This document shows positions 18,047-26,791 of a stretch of 32,000 nucleotides of DNA, piece after piece (the first letter of the stretch is position 1; every line of letters starts with the position of its first letter). The stretch is from Candidatus Saccharimonadota bacterium (GTDB lineage: Bacteria; Bacteroidota; Bacteroidia; Flavobacteriales; Blattabacteriaceae). The DNA lies in NCBI RefSeq assembly GCF_014252315.1, contig NZ_CP059216.1:180001-212000 (forward strand). Reading direction: 5' to 3'. The position numbers and the translations under genes were made by a program. A model generated the notes under the pieces. That model had not been told where the DNA came from, ran no database searches, and was given only the letters and a program-made list of their open reading frames with translations.

Positions 18047-19143
18047 CTATACATTTTTTTAAAAAAATTTTTAATATTTTTTATTAAAAACTTATTTTCT
18101 TTTTTTGTTCCAATTGTAATCCTTAAACAATGATTACATAATATTATTTTTGATCTATCTCTAACAATAATTTTTTTTTTAACCAAATAGTTATATAATT
18201 TTTTAGAATAATTTTTAACTTTTATAAGAATAAAATTAGCTGAACTAGGATATATTTTATTTATATAAGATATTTTTTTAAATTCATTTATCACATAATT
18301 TCTTTCTATAAGAATATTTTTTAAGTTACATAAAAATAAATTTTTATTTTCAAGAGCATTTAGTGCTATTTTTTGAGATGTTTCACTTATATTATATGGA
18401 TTTTTTATTTTATTCATCCAATTAATAATTTCTTTTGAAGCAATTCCTATCCCTATTCTTATTCCGGCTAATCCCCAAGATTTTGATAATGTTTGTAATA
18501 TAACAAGATTAGGATATTTTTCAATTTTTTTAGAAAAAGATTCTTTATTAGAAAAATCTATATATGCTTCATCTAAAATTACAATACCAGAAAATCTATT
18601 TATAATGTTTATTATATATTCTTCTTTTATATCATTTCCTGTTGGATTATTTGGTGAACAAATAAATATAATTTTACTATATTTATCAATAATATTTTCT
18701 AATTTATTTAAATTTATTTGATAATCCTCTTTATTTAAAGGAATACTTCTAACATCTACTCCATGAATTTTTCCCATTATTTCGTACATACCATATGTAG
18801 GAGGAAATATAATTGAATTATCTATATTTGGATATGAAAATATTCTATATACTAAATCTATAATTTCATCACTTCCATTTCCTAAAAAAATATTAGAAGT
18901 AGAAATTTTTTTTATTTTTGATATTTTATTTTTTAATTTTCTTTGAAAAGGATCAGGATATCTATTATAAAAATTTTTTTCGCATAAAGTAGATCCAAAT
19001 GAATTTTCATTTGCATCTAAAAATGTTATAATATCTTTGTTTTTTTTATTATCATAATTATTATATTCAATTCTTGCGGAACTATATGGATTTAATTTTA
19101 CAATATTTTTTCTTATCAATGATAATAAATTAAATTTTAACAT
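18043..19143 (-). CDS. hisC: Histidinol-phosphate aminotransferase
   Basis: Class II aminotransferase layout with LDANENSFG, NRYPDP, SPNNPTG and the PLP-lysine context LSKSWGLAGIRIG. Its stop overlaps the hisB start by 4 nt. Confidence 0.92.
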   Translation of the reverse strand: MLKFNLLSLIRKNIVKLNPYSSARIEYNNYDNKKNKDIITFLDANENSFGSTLCEKNFYNRYPDPFQRKLKNKISKIKKISTSNIFLGNGSDEIIDLVYRIFSYPNIDNSIIFPPTYGMYEIMGKIHGVDVRSIPLNKEDYQINLNKLENIIDKYSKIIFICSPNNPTGNDIKEEYIINIINRFSGIVILDEAYIDFSNKESFSKKIEKYPNLVILQTLSKSWGLAGIRIGIGIASKEIINWMNKIKNPYNISETSQKIALNALENKNLFLCNLKNILIERNYVINEFKKISYINKIYPSSANFILIKVKNYSKKLYNYLVKKKIIVRDRSKIILCNHCLRITIGTKKENKFLIKNIKNFFKKMYR

Positions 19144-19168
19144 AGCAATTATTTTTTATTAATTTGAT

Positions 19169-20467
19169 TTATTCTTTTATTCTAATGTTAACAGAATTTT
19201 TATGCGCAAATAATCCTTCTTCTGAAGATAATGAATTAATACAGTACGATAAATTTTTTAATCCATTTTTAGATAATTTTTGAAATGTTATGTTTTTTAA
19301 AAAACTATTTAAAGATACTCCACTATAAGATTTTGCAAATCCATTAGTAGGCAATACATGATTAGTTCCAGTTGCATAATCTCCAGCGCTCACTGGAGAA
19401 TAATTTCCTAAAAATACAGAACCAGCATTTATAACTTTATTACTCCAATATAAATCATCATTACAATTAATAATTAGATGTTCTGGTGCAATATGATTTG
19501 ATAAATTAAAACAATCATTCAAAGAAGGTAAAATTATTATTTTACTATTTTTTATAGATTTATTTAAAATGTTTTTTTTTTCTTTCAAAGAAAGATATTT
19601 TTGTTCTATGTTTATTTTAACCATTTTCACCCAGTCAATTTTATTTGTAGTAATTATTATAGCAAAACTTTTTGGATCATGTTCTAATTGTGATAATAAA
19701 TCGTGTACAACATAATCAGGATCTGCTATATTATCAGCTATAATAACAACTTCAGAAGGACCTGCAGGAACATCTATGGATACATTTGTTTTTTGAGTAA
19801 TAATTTGTTTAGCTTTAGTTACGTAAGAATTTCCTGGACCAAATATTTTGTATACAGATGGAATACTTTTAGTTCCATAAGCCATAGCTGCAATAGCTTG
19901 TGCCCCTCCTACTTTATATATCCTATTTATTCCTAAAAATTTTGCTGTATATAAAATAGAAGGATGAACCTCTCCATTATTATTTGGTGGAGTACATAAA
20001 ATTATATTTTTACATCCAGATAATTTTCCTGGTATACCCAACATTAAAACCGTAGATAATAAAGGAGCATTTCCTCCAGGTATATATAATCCAATTTTAT
20101 CTATTGGTACATTTTTAATCCAACAAAATACATCTTTAGAAGTTTCTATTATTAATTCTTTTTTTTTCTGTTTTTTATGAAATTTTTTTATGTTGTAATA
20201 TGATATTTTAATAGATTTTTTTAAATCTTTTGATATATTTTTTTCAGATTTATTAAATTCTTTTTCAGTAACCAAAAAATTGTCTATGTTAACATGATCA
20301 TATTTTCTAGTGTAATTTTTCAAAGCTTCATCTCCATATTTTTTAACATTATTTATAATAGAATTAACTGATTGTATTAATATTTTGTTATCTGTTAATA
20401 ATAATCTATTATCTGAAATAGATTTTAATACGTCATTAAATGACGGATTAATATATATTTTAATCAT
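19169..20467 (-). CDS. hisD: Histidinol dehydrogenase
   Basis: Motifs are IPGGNAPLLSTVLM, GGAQAIAAMAYGT, GPGNSYVT, SQLEHDP, APEHL and the HVLPT region. Confidence 0.94.
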   Translation of the reverse strand: MIKIYINPSFNDVLKSISDNRLLLTDNKILIQSVNSIINNVKKYGDEALKNYTRKYDHVNIDNFLVTEKEFNKSEKNISKDLKKSIKISYYNIKKFHKKQKKKELIIETSKDVFCWIKNVPIDKIGLYIPGGNAPLLSTVLMLGIPGKLSGCKNIILCTPPNNNGEVHPSILYTAKFLGINRIYKVGGAQAIAAMAYGTKSIPSVYKIFGPGNSYVTKAKQIITQKTNVSIDVPAGPSEVVIIADNIADPDYVVHDLLSQLEHDPKSFAIIITTNKIDWVKMVKINIEQKYLSLKEKKNILNKSIKNSKIIILPSLNDCFNLSNHIAPEHLIINCNDDLYWSNKVINAGSVFLGNYSPVSAGDYATGTNHVLPTNGFAKSYSGVSLNSFLKNITFQKLSKNGLKNLSYCINSLSSEEGLFAHKNSVNIRIKE

Positions 20468-20470
20468 TAT

Positions 20471-21328
20471 TTATAGTATAATTTTTTCTATTGGTAGTAC
20501 TAAAATATCTTGAGCTCCAAGTGATTTTAAATTCTCCACAATTCCCCAAAAATCATTTTCATTTACAACTGAATGTACAGAACTACACTCTGAATTTGCT
20601 AATGGCAATATAACTGGACTTTTAATTCCAGGAAGATAAGATATTATCTTTTCTAATCTATCATTAGGAACATTAAGTAAAATATATTTATTATTTTTTG
20701 CTTTTTTAACTGCTCTTATCCTAAATAATAATTTATCCATTATTATATTTTTTGAATATATTAAATTAATGTTAGACGCTAATACAGCTTCAGATTGAAG
20801 AATTGTTTCTACTTCTTTTAATCCATTCATAAATAATGTGGATCCACTACTAACTAAATCACAAATGCAATCAGCTAATCCTATTCCAGGAGCAATTTCT
20901 ACTGCTCCTGATATTTCATGTATATCAGCATTAATACTTTTTTTTATAAAAAATTCTTTAATTAAAAATGGATAACTTGTGGCAATTCTTTTTCCATTTA
21001 AATCATTTAATCTTTTATAAGATAATGACTTAGGAACTGCTATAGATAATCTACATTTTCCAAATCCTAAAGTTTCTTTGATTTTTACTTTTTTTCTTTT
21101 TTCTAATAATACGTTTTTTCCTACAATTCCTATATCAGCTACTCCATCTTCTAAATATTGAGGTATATCATCATCTCTTAAAAATAATACTTCCAAAGGA
21201 AAATTAAGCGCAGTTGTTTTTAATTTATCTATTCCTATATTAATTTCAATACTACAATCTTTCAATAATTTAATTGAGTCGTCATAAAGACGTCCTGACT
21301 TTTGAATAGCTATTTTAAGTTTATCCAT
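20471..21328 (-). CDS. hisG: ATP phosphoribosyltransferase (long form)
   Basis: Motifs are LKIAIQKSGRL, DIPQYLEDGVADIGIVG and CDLVSSGSTL. A C-terminal regulatory domain is present (285 aa). Confidence 0.93.
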   Translation of the reverse strand: MDKLKIAIQKSGRLYDDSIKLLKDCSIEINIGIDKLKTTALNFPLEVLFLRDDDIPQYLEDGVADIGIVGKNVLLEKRKKVKIKETLGFGKCRLSIAVPKSLSYKRLNDLNGKRIATSYPFLIKEFFIKKSINADIHEISGAVEIAPGIGLADCICDLVSSGSTLFMNGLKEVETILQSEAVLASNINLIYSKNIIMDKLLFRIRAVKKAKNNKYILLNVPNDRLEKIISYLPGIKSPVILPLANSECSSVHSVVNENDFWGIVENLKSLGAQDILVLPIEKIIL

Positions 21329-21348
21329 ATTTTAGGAGAAAAAATAAC

Positions 21349-21372
21349 AAAAGCTTACTTTTGTAAGCTTTT
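21349..21372 (-). promoter_or_regulatory. Perfect 10-bp stem / 4-nt loop hairpin with a flanking U-tract in the hisG 5' leader (candidate attenuator, terminator or operator)
   Basis: AAAAGCTTAC-TTTT-GTAAGCTTTT at 21349-21372. On the his (minus) strand the hairpin is followed by GTTATTTTTT, and the hisG ATG lies 20 nt downstream. On the plus strand it is followed by TATGTATTTGTTTTTTTT. Confidence 0.4.
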
Positions 21373-21477
21373 TATGTATTTGTTTTTTTTAAAAAAATTT
21401 ACGGTTTAGGCAAATATAAAAACAATTTTGAACATTTTATAATTCACTTATTAAGTTGTTAAATTAAATAGAAAATT

Positions 21478-22242
21478 ATGAAAATTATTAGTTATAATGT
21501 AAATGGAATTAGATCTGTAATAAATAAGGGATTTGTTAATTGGATAAATAAAAATAATCCAGATATTATATGTTTACAAGAAATAAAAGCTTATTCTAAT
21601 CAAATAAATACTTCTATTTTTGATCATATAGGATATAATCATTATTGGCATTCTTCAAAAAGAAAAGGATATAGTGGTGTTGGAATATTAACCAAAGAAA
21701 AACCAATAAATATAAAATATGGAATTGATATAGATATTATAGATAAAGAAGGAAGAATATTGCGTATTGATTTAAAAAATAGTAAAATATCAGTTATTAG
21801 TGTTTATATTCCTTCTGGATCATATATAAAAAATAGATTGGAATTTAAATTTTTTTTTATGGATAAATTTTTTTCTCATATAAAAAAAATAAATAAAAAA
21901 ATAAAAAATTTGATTATTTGTGGAGATTATAATATATGTCATAATGATATAGATATTTATAATCCTAATGAAAAAATTTCTGGATTTTTACCAGATGAAA
22001 GAATTTGGATAGATAATTTTATATATAAACTAAGTTTTATAGATAGTTTTAGAAATTATACAAAATCAGGAGGTCATTATAGTTGGTGGAATTATAGATA
22101 TAATTGTAGAAATAATAATAAAGGATGGAGGATTGATTATATTATGGTTAGCAAATTTTTAAAAAAAAGAATGAAAAATTCATATATGTTATCAAATATA
22201 AAATATTCGGATCATTGTCCAATTGTTTTAGAAATTGATTAA
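21478..22242 (+). CDS. xth: Exodeoxyribonuclease III (AP endonuclease)
   Basis: Motifs are MKIISYNVNGIRS, ICLQEIK, GYSGVGIL, ICGDYNICH and SDHCPIVLEI. Confidence 0.92.
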   Translation: MKIISYNVNGIRSVINKGFVNWINKNNPDIICLQEIKAYSNQINTSIFDHIGYNHYWHSSKRKGYSGVGILTKEKPINIKYGIDIDIIDKEGRILRIDLKNSKISVISVYIPSGSYIKNRLEFKFFFMDKFFSHIKKINKKIKNLIICGDYNICHNDIDIYNPNEKISGFLPDERIWIDNFIYKLSFIDSFRNYTKSGGHYSWWNYRYNCRNNNKGWRIDYIMVSKFLKKRMKNSYMLSNIKYSDHCPIVLEID

Positions 22243-22264
22243 TATTTATCATGTATTATAATAA

Positions 22265-22337
22265 TGACCTGACTGGGATTCGAACCCAGGACCCTTACAT
22301 TAAAAGTGTAATGCTCTACCAGCTGAGCTATCAGGTC
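22265..22337 (-). tRNA. tRNA-Lys (anticodon UUU)
   Basis: The reverse complement folds as a cloverleaf. Acceptor arm GACCTGA/TCAGGTC, D arm GCTC-AGCTGGTA-GAGC, anticodon arm TTACA-CTTTTAA-TGTAA (TTT in the centre of the loop). Variable loop GGGTC, T arm CTGGG-TTCGAAT-CCCAG, discriminator A. Length 73 nt, and the 3' CCA is not encoded. Confidence 0.93.
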
Positions 22338-22422
22338 TATAGTTAATTTGCTAAATAAATTTGTAAAATTAAAAATAATATTATGTTATGATAACAAATA
22401 TACTATATTTTTTATCTTTTTT

Positions 22423-22950
22423 ATGAAAATTACTTTAATAGGATATATGGGCTGTGGAAAAACTACTATCGGAAAAAATTTATCTAAAAAATTAAATTAT
22501 AAATTTTATGATTTGGATGATATTATTATAAAATATAAAAATAATTCAATTGAGAATATTTTTAATATATATGGTGAATCATATTTTAGAAAATTGGAAA
22601 ATTTTTTACTAAAAAATTTTTTAAAAAAAAATATAAATCAATGGATTTTATCTGTTGGTGGAGGTAGTCCCTGTTTTTATAACAATATTTATTTATTAAA
22701 CAAATTTTCAAAAACTATTTATCTAAAATCGGATAGTTATACTTTATTAAAAAGATTAATTTTAGAAAAAAAAAATAGACCTTTAATATCTAATCTAGAT
22801 AATGTTAGTTTATTTAAGTTTATTATAAATTCTTTATCAAGAAGAATATTTTTTTATGAAAAATCTTATAAAAAAATTATTATAAAAAATAAATGTATAA
22901 ATGAAATAATACAGGATATTATAAATTCATTAGATTTGAATAAATATTAA
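22423..22950 (+). CDS. aroK: Shikimate kinase
   Basis: The Walker A motif is LIGYMGCGKTTIG, followed by the FYDLDD, ESYFRKLE and GGG regions. The ORF track starts at a TTG (22348). The ATG at 22423 (MKITLIGYMGCGKT) gives a canonical 175-aa AroK. Confidence 0.9.
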   Translation: MKITLIGYMGCGKTTIGKNLSKKLNYKFYDLDDIIIKYKNNSIENIFNIYGESYFRKLENFLLKNFLKKNINQWILSVGGGSPCFYNNIYLLNKFSKTIYLKSDSYTLLKRLILEKKNRPLISNLDNVSLFKFIINSLSRRIFFYEKSYKKIIIKNKCINEIIQDIINSLDLNKY

Positions 22951-22960
22951 TGATAAAATA

Positions 22961-24337
22961 ATGAAACATATTTATTATAATTATGATGATAATGATGTTA
23001 TGATGAATATTAGAAATTTTTTTTCATTTAATAAATTTAAAATTAATAAACTAGGAGTAGCTGTTAGTGGTGGAATAGATAGTATAGTTTTACTTCATAT
23101 ATTAATGAATATTTACAATAATAATATAGAAGTAATTCATTGCAATTTTAATTTAAGAAAACCTGATTCAGATAAAGATGAATTTTTTATAAAAAAATTT
23201 TGTGAAAAAAAAAACATAATATATCGTATTAAAAGTTTTAATGTTATTGATTATAAAAAAAAAAATAATAAATTGTCTATACAAATGATAACCAGGAAAT
23301 TAAGATATGATTGGTTTAATAAATTATTAAATAAAAATTTTTACGATTTTATTGCATTAGGACATCATTTTAATGATTCAATTGAAACTTTTTTTATTAA
23401 TTTTTTTCGTGGAACAGGTATAAAGGGATTATTAGGAATTCCTAACAAAAATGAAAGATTTATACGTCCTCTTTTTAATTTAAAAAAAAAAGATATAATT
23501 TTTTATGCAAAAAAAAATAAAATTAAATGGAGGATAGATAAAAGTAATAAACATAATTATTATTTAAGAAATAAAATACGTACAAAATTATGTTCATCTA
23601 TATCAAATTTTTTTCCAAATTTTTATAAAGGAATAAAAAAAAGTATGAATATATTTTATGAAGAAAGTATACTTATAGATAAGTATATAAATAATTTATA
23701 TCATGAAATTACAATATATAAAAAAATTGATCCATTCATATGGAAAATAAATAATGAAAAAATTAAAAAATTAAATCCTTTATACTTACACTTATTTAAA
23801 ATATTTTATCCATATGGATTTTGTAGTATTAATAACTTAAAAAATATACTATATTCAAAAACAGGAAAACATTTATTTTCAAAAGAATATTGTATTTTTA
23901 AAGATAGAAATAATTTAATTATAACAAAAAAAAAATATTTAATTGAAAATAAAAATAAAATATTTTATATTTCTAATATAAATAATATTAATATTCCAAT
24001 AAAAATTGATTTTTATCTTATTTCTTACAAAAAATTTGATCATAATTATAAAAAATATTATGAAAATAATTTTTTTTTAATAGATTTTAAAAAAATACAA
24101 TTTCCTTTATCATTAAGGATTTGGAATCACGGAGATTTTTTTTATCCATTTGGAATGAATAAAAAAAAGAAAATAAGTAAATATTATAAAGATAATAAAT
24201 TTTCTTTTTTAAAAAAACAACAAACATGGTTATTAATAAATAATAATAATGATATTATTTTAATTGTAAAAAATTGTATAGATAATAGGTATAAAATAGA
24301 TGAAAAAACCAATGAAATTCTTATTGTAAAATGTTAA
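22961..24337 (+). CDS. tilS: tRNA(Ile)-lysidine synthetase
   Basis: The PP-loop ATPase motif is LGVAVSGGIDSIVLLHIL, followed by GHHFNDSIETFFINFFRGTG. The C-terminal domain is long and low-complexity. The start could alternatively be at an ATG 13-14 codons in. Confidence 0.88.
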   Translation: MKHIYYNYDDNDVMMNIRNFFSFNKFKINKLGVAVSGGIDSIVLLHILMNIYNNNIEVIHCNFNLRKPDSDKDEFFIKKFCEKKNIIYRIKSFNVIDYKKKNNKLSIQMITRKLRYDWFNKLLNKNFYDFIALGHHFNDSIETFFINFFRGTGIKGLLGIPNKNERFIRPLFNLKKKDIIFYAKKNKIKWRIDKSNKHNYYLRNKIRTKLCSSISNFFPNFYKGIKKSMNIFYEESILIDKYINNLYHEITIYKKIDPFIWKINNEKIKKLNPLYLHLFKIFYPYGFCSINNLKNILYSKTGKHLFSKEYCIFKDRNNLIITKKKYLIENKNKIFYISNINNINIPIKIDFYLISYKKFDHNYKKYYENNFFLIDFKKIQFPLSLRIWNHGDFFYPFGMNKKKKISKYYKDNKFSFLKKQQTWLLINNNNDIILIVKNCIDNRYKIDEKTNEILIVKC

Positions 24338-24383
24338 TATTCACATAAAAAAAATAGATAATATAAAATAAAAATATTTTTTT

Positions 24384-25372
24384 ATGATAAAAATGCATAA
24401 TTTTAATGCAGGACTTTCTGTATTACCCAATGAAGTTTTTAAAAAATCTACTGAATATATATTAAATTTTAATCATTCTGGATTATCTTTATTAGAAATA
24501 TCTCATCTAAGTATAGATTTTTTAGATCTAAAAGATAAAACTATAAATTTAATAAGATCTATTTTAAATATAGAATATAGACTACGATAATTATTATATA
24601 TTATTTTTACAAGCAGGTACTACATTACAATTTTCAATGATTACATATAATTTAATGAATAAAAAATCTTCTTATTTAGATACAAAATTATGGGAAAGTA
24701 AAGCTATAAAAGAGGTAAAAATATTTGGAAAAATAAAAATTTCATTAAAATATTAATATATCAAATAATGTAGATTATTTCCACTGTACATCTAATAATA
24801 CTATTATCGGATCACAAATAAAAAATTTTCCAAAAACTAATATACCAATAATTTGTGATATGTCTTCAAACATTTTTAGTAGAAAATTAGACTTTAATCG
24901 TTTTAGTTTAATTTATGCATCTGCACAAAAAAATATTAGTTCATCATAAATGACTTTAATTATTATTAAAAAAAATATAATTATAAAATATACAAAGAAA
25001 TATTATTCCATGAAATATTATTCCATCTTATATGTCTTATAGAGTACACATAAAAAATTAATGGAATTATCTATTTATATTTACTATGCTAATATTATAA
25101 TGTATAATTAAAAAAGGAGTATTATCTAAAATAGAAAAATATAATGAATTTAAAACTAAATTATTATATAAATAAATAGATAGGAATTATTTATTTGAAA
25201 AAAAAATTTATAAAGAAAATTTGATAAAATGTGTAAAGAAGAAAATATAATAGTATTAAATGGTCATATATTTATAGGAAGGTATATAGCAAGTATATAT
25301 AATGCTTTATCATTAAACAGTATAAAACTTTTAATTGACATAATGAAAGAATTTGAAAATAAATTTATATGA
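24384..25372 (+). pseudogene. serC: Phosphoserine aminotransferase pseudogene (frameshifts, in-frame stops, internal deletions)
   Basis: SerC-like peptides appear in order but in different frames. The first is MIKMHNFNAGLSVLPNEVFKKS...GLSLLEISHLS (24384-24587, stop at 24588). The second is LFLQAGTTLQFSMITYNLMNKKSSYLDTKLWESKAIKEVKIFG (from 24601, stop at 24754). The third is VDYFHCTSNNTIIGSQ...PIICDMSSNIFSRKLDFNRFSLIYASAQKNISSS* (24770-24949), then MTLIIIKKNI. The fourth is GVLSKIEKYNEFKTKLLYK*IDRNYLF (25116-25196, stop at 25173). The last is FDKMCKEENIIVLNGHIFIGRYIASIYNALSLNSIKLLIDIMKEFENKFI* (25220-25372). Confidence 0.9.
24997..25026 (+). repeat. Perfect 15-bp tandem duplication (GAAATATTATTCCAT x2) inside the serC pseudogene
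   Basis: Read directly from the sequence: 24997-25011 is identical to 25012-25026. Confidence 0.9.
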
Positions 25373-26001
25373 TAAGAAAAAATTTTATTTATATAAAAAA
25401 TTTAATTCCAAAAAATGTAAAAATATTAGTTGTTTCAAAAAATCAAAGTATTTTATCTATAAAAAATCTTTATCAAATAGGACAAAGAGATTTTGGAGAA
25501 AATTATGTTCAAGAAATAATTAAAAAATACGATAAACTACCAAAAGATATTCGTTGGCATATGATTGGAAGAATACAAAGCAACAAATTAAAATATATAG
25601 TTCCTTTTATTTATTTAATTCATAGCATTCAAAAAATTAAACATATAGAAATTATTAATAATATAGGATTTAAATATAATAAAATTATTAAATGTCTAAT
25701 TCAAATACGTATTTCTAATGAAATAAATAAATCCGGAGTTTCTGATAAAGAAGCAGATAAATTAGCATTTTTTAGTAAAAAAATGAAAAATGTAAAAATA
25801 ATTGGATTAATGGGAATGTCCTCGTTTAAAAACATGAAGGAAGTAAATAATGAATTTATGTATTTAAATAATATATATAATATTCATAAAAAAAAATATT
25901 CATATAATGTTCTTTCTATGGGAATGAGTAGAGATTTTAAATTAGCAATTAAACATGGAAGTACAATTATACGTTTAGGAAACATAATATTTAATAAATA
26001 A
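25369..26001 (+). CDS. yggS: YggS-family pyridoxal-phosphate-binding (PLP homeostasis) protein
   Basis: Motifs are VKILVVSKNQ (PLP lysine context), RDFGENYVQE, RWHMIGRIQSNKLKYI, LSMGMSRDF and GSTIIRLGNIIF. Its ATG overlaps the last codons of the serC pseudogene (ATATGA). Confidence 0.88.
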   Translation: MIRKNFIYIKNLIPKNVKILVVSKNQSILSIKNLYQIGQRDFGENYVQEIIKKYDKLPKDIRWHMIGRIQSNKLKYIVPFIYLIHSIQKIKHIEIINNIGFKYNKIIKCLIQIRISNEINKSGVSDKEADKLAFFSKKMKNVKIIGLMGMSSFKNMKEVNNEFMYLNNIYNIHKKKYSYNVLSMGMSRDFKLAIKHGSTIIRLGNIIFNK

Positions 26002-26005
26002 TATT

Positions 26006-26791
26006 TTAAAAAACAATAGATTTTATATAGTTTTCTATACTTTCTTTTAATTTATTATATTTAATAGATTTAATAAAAGAACTTCCAATTATACAACCAT
26101 TTGCATATTTACATGATAAATAATAAGTTTTTTTATTATTTATTCCAAATCCAATCAATTTTGGAACTTTTTTTACAGAAGAAGATATGTGGTTAATTTT
26201 TTTAAAAAAAGATATTTGTTCTTCTCCAAAAGAAATACTATTTCCCGTTGTAGAATTGGATGATACCAAATATAAAAAACTATCAGTTATATTACTTATC
26301 ATAGATATTCTAGATATATCTGTTTGTGGAGTTATTAAAAATATCATAGATACTGAATATTTTTTAAACATTATTTGATATTTTTTTATGAAAATATCTA
26401 TTGGAAGATCAGGAAATATTAATCCCGATATATTTATATCATGACATTTTTTCAAAAACTTTTCACATCCAAATTTATAAAATTGATTGAAATATCCCAT
26501 TAGTATAATTGGTTTATCTAAAGTATTTTTTATTTTTTCTATTTGTGAAAATAATAATGAAATGTTCATTCCATTTTTTAATGATATATAATTACTATTT
26601 TGTATAATTATACCATCAGCTAATGGATCGGAATAAGGAATTCCTATTTCAATTAAATCTACATTATTAATATTTTGTAATATACGTATTATTTCAGTAG
26701 TACTATTTATTGTAGGAAATCCTGCGGTAAAATAAATACATAATATATTTTTATTTTTTGTTTTAAATAATTTGTATATTTTGTTTTTCAT
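26006..26791 (-). CDS. trpA: Tryptophan synthase alpha chain
   Basis: Motifs are IYFTAGFP, LIEIGIPYSDPLADGIIIQ and GFGI. Confidence 0.92.
   Translation of the reverse strand: MKNKIYKLFKTKNKNILCIYFTAGFPTINSTTEIIRILQNINNVDLIEIGIPYSDPLADGIIIQNSNYISLKNGMNISLLFSQIEKIKNTLDKPIILMGYFNQFYKFGCEKFLKKCHDINISGLIFPDLPIDIFIKKYQIMFKKYSVSMIFLITPQTDISRISMISNITDSFLYLVSSNSTTGNSISFGEEQISFFKKINHISSSVKKVPKLIGFGINNKKTYYLSCKYANGCIIGSSFIKSIKYNKLKESIENYIKSIVF

Noticed and set aside
21372-21477. A classical his-operon leader peptide or attenuator upstream of hisG
   Set aside because: No short ORF with consecutive His codons exists in the leader. The only small ORF (MFKIVFIFA) has none. I therefore report the hairpin only as an uncharacterised structure.
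24384-24590. The 68-aa ORF as a stand-alone small gene
   Set aside because: It is the N-terminal fragment of SerC (HNFNAGLSVLP...LLEISH). The rest of SerC continues downstream in other frames, so it is part of the pseudogene.
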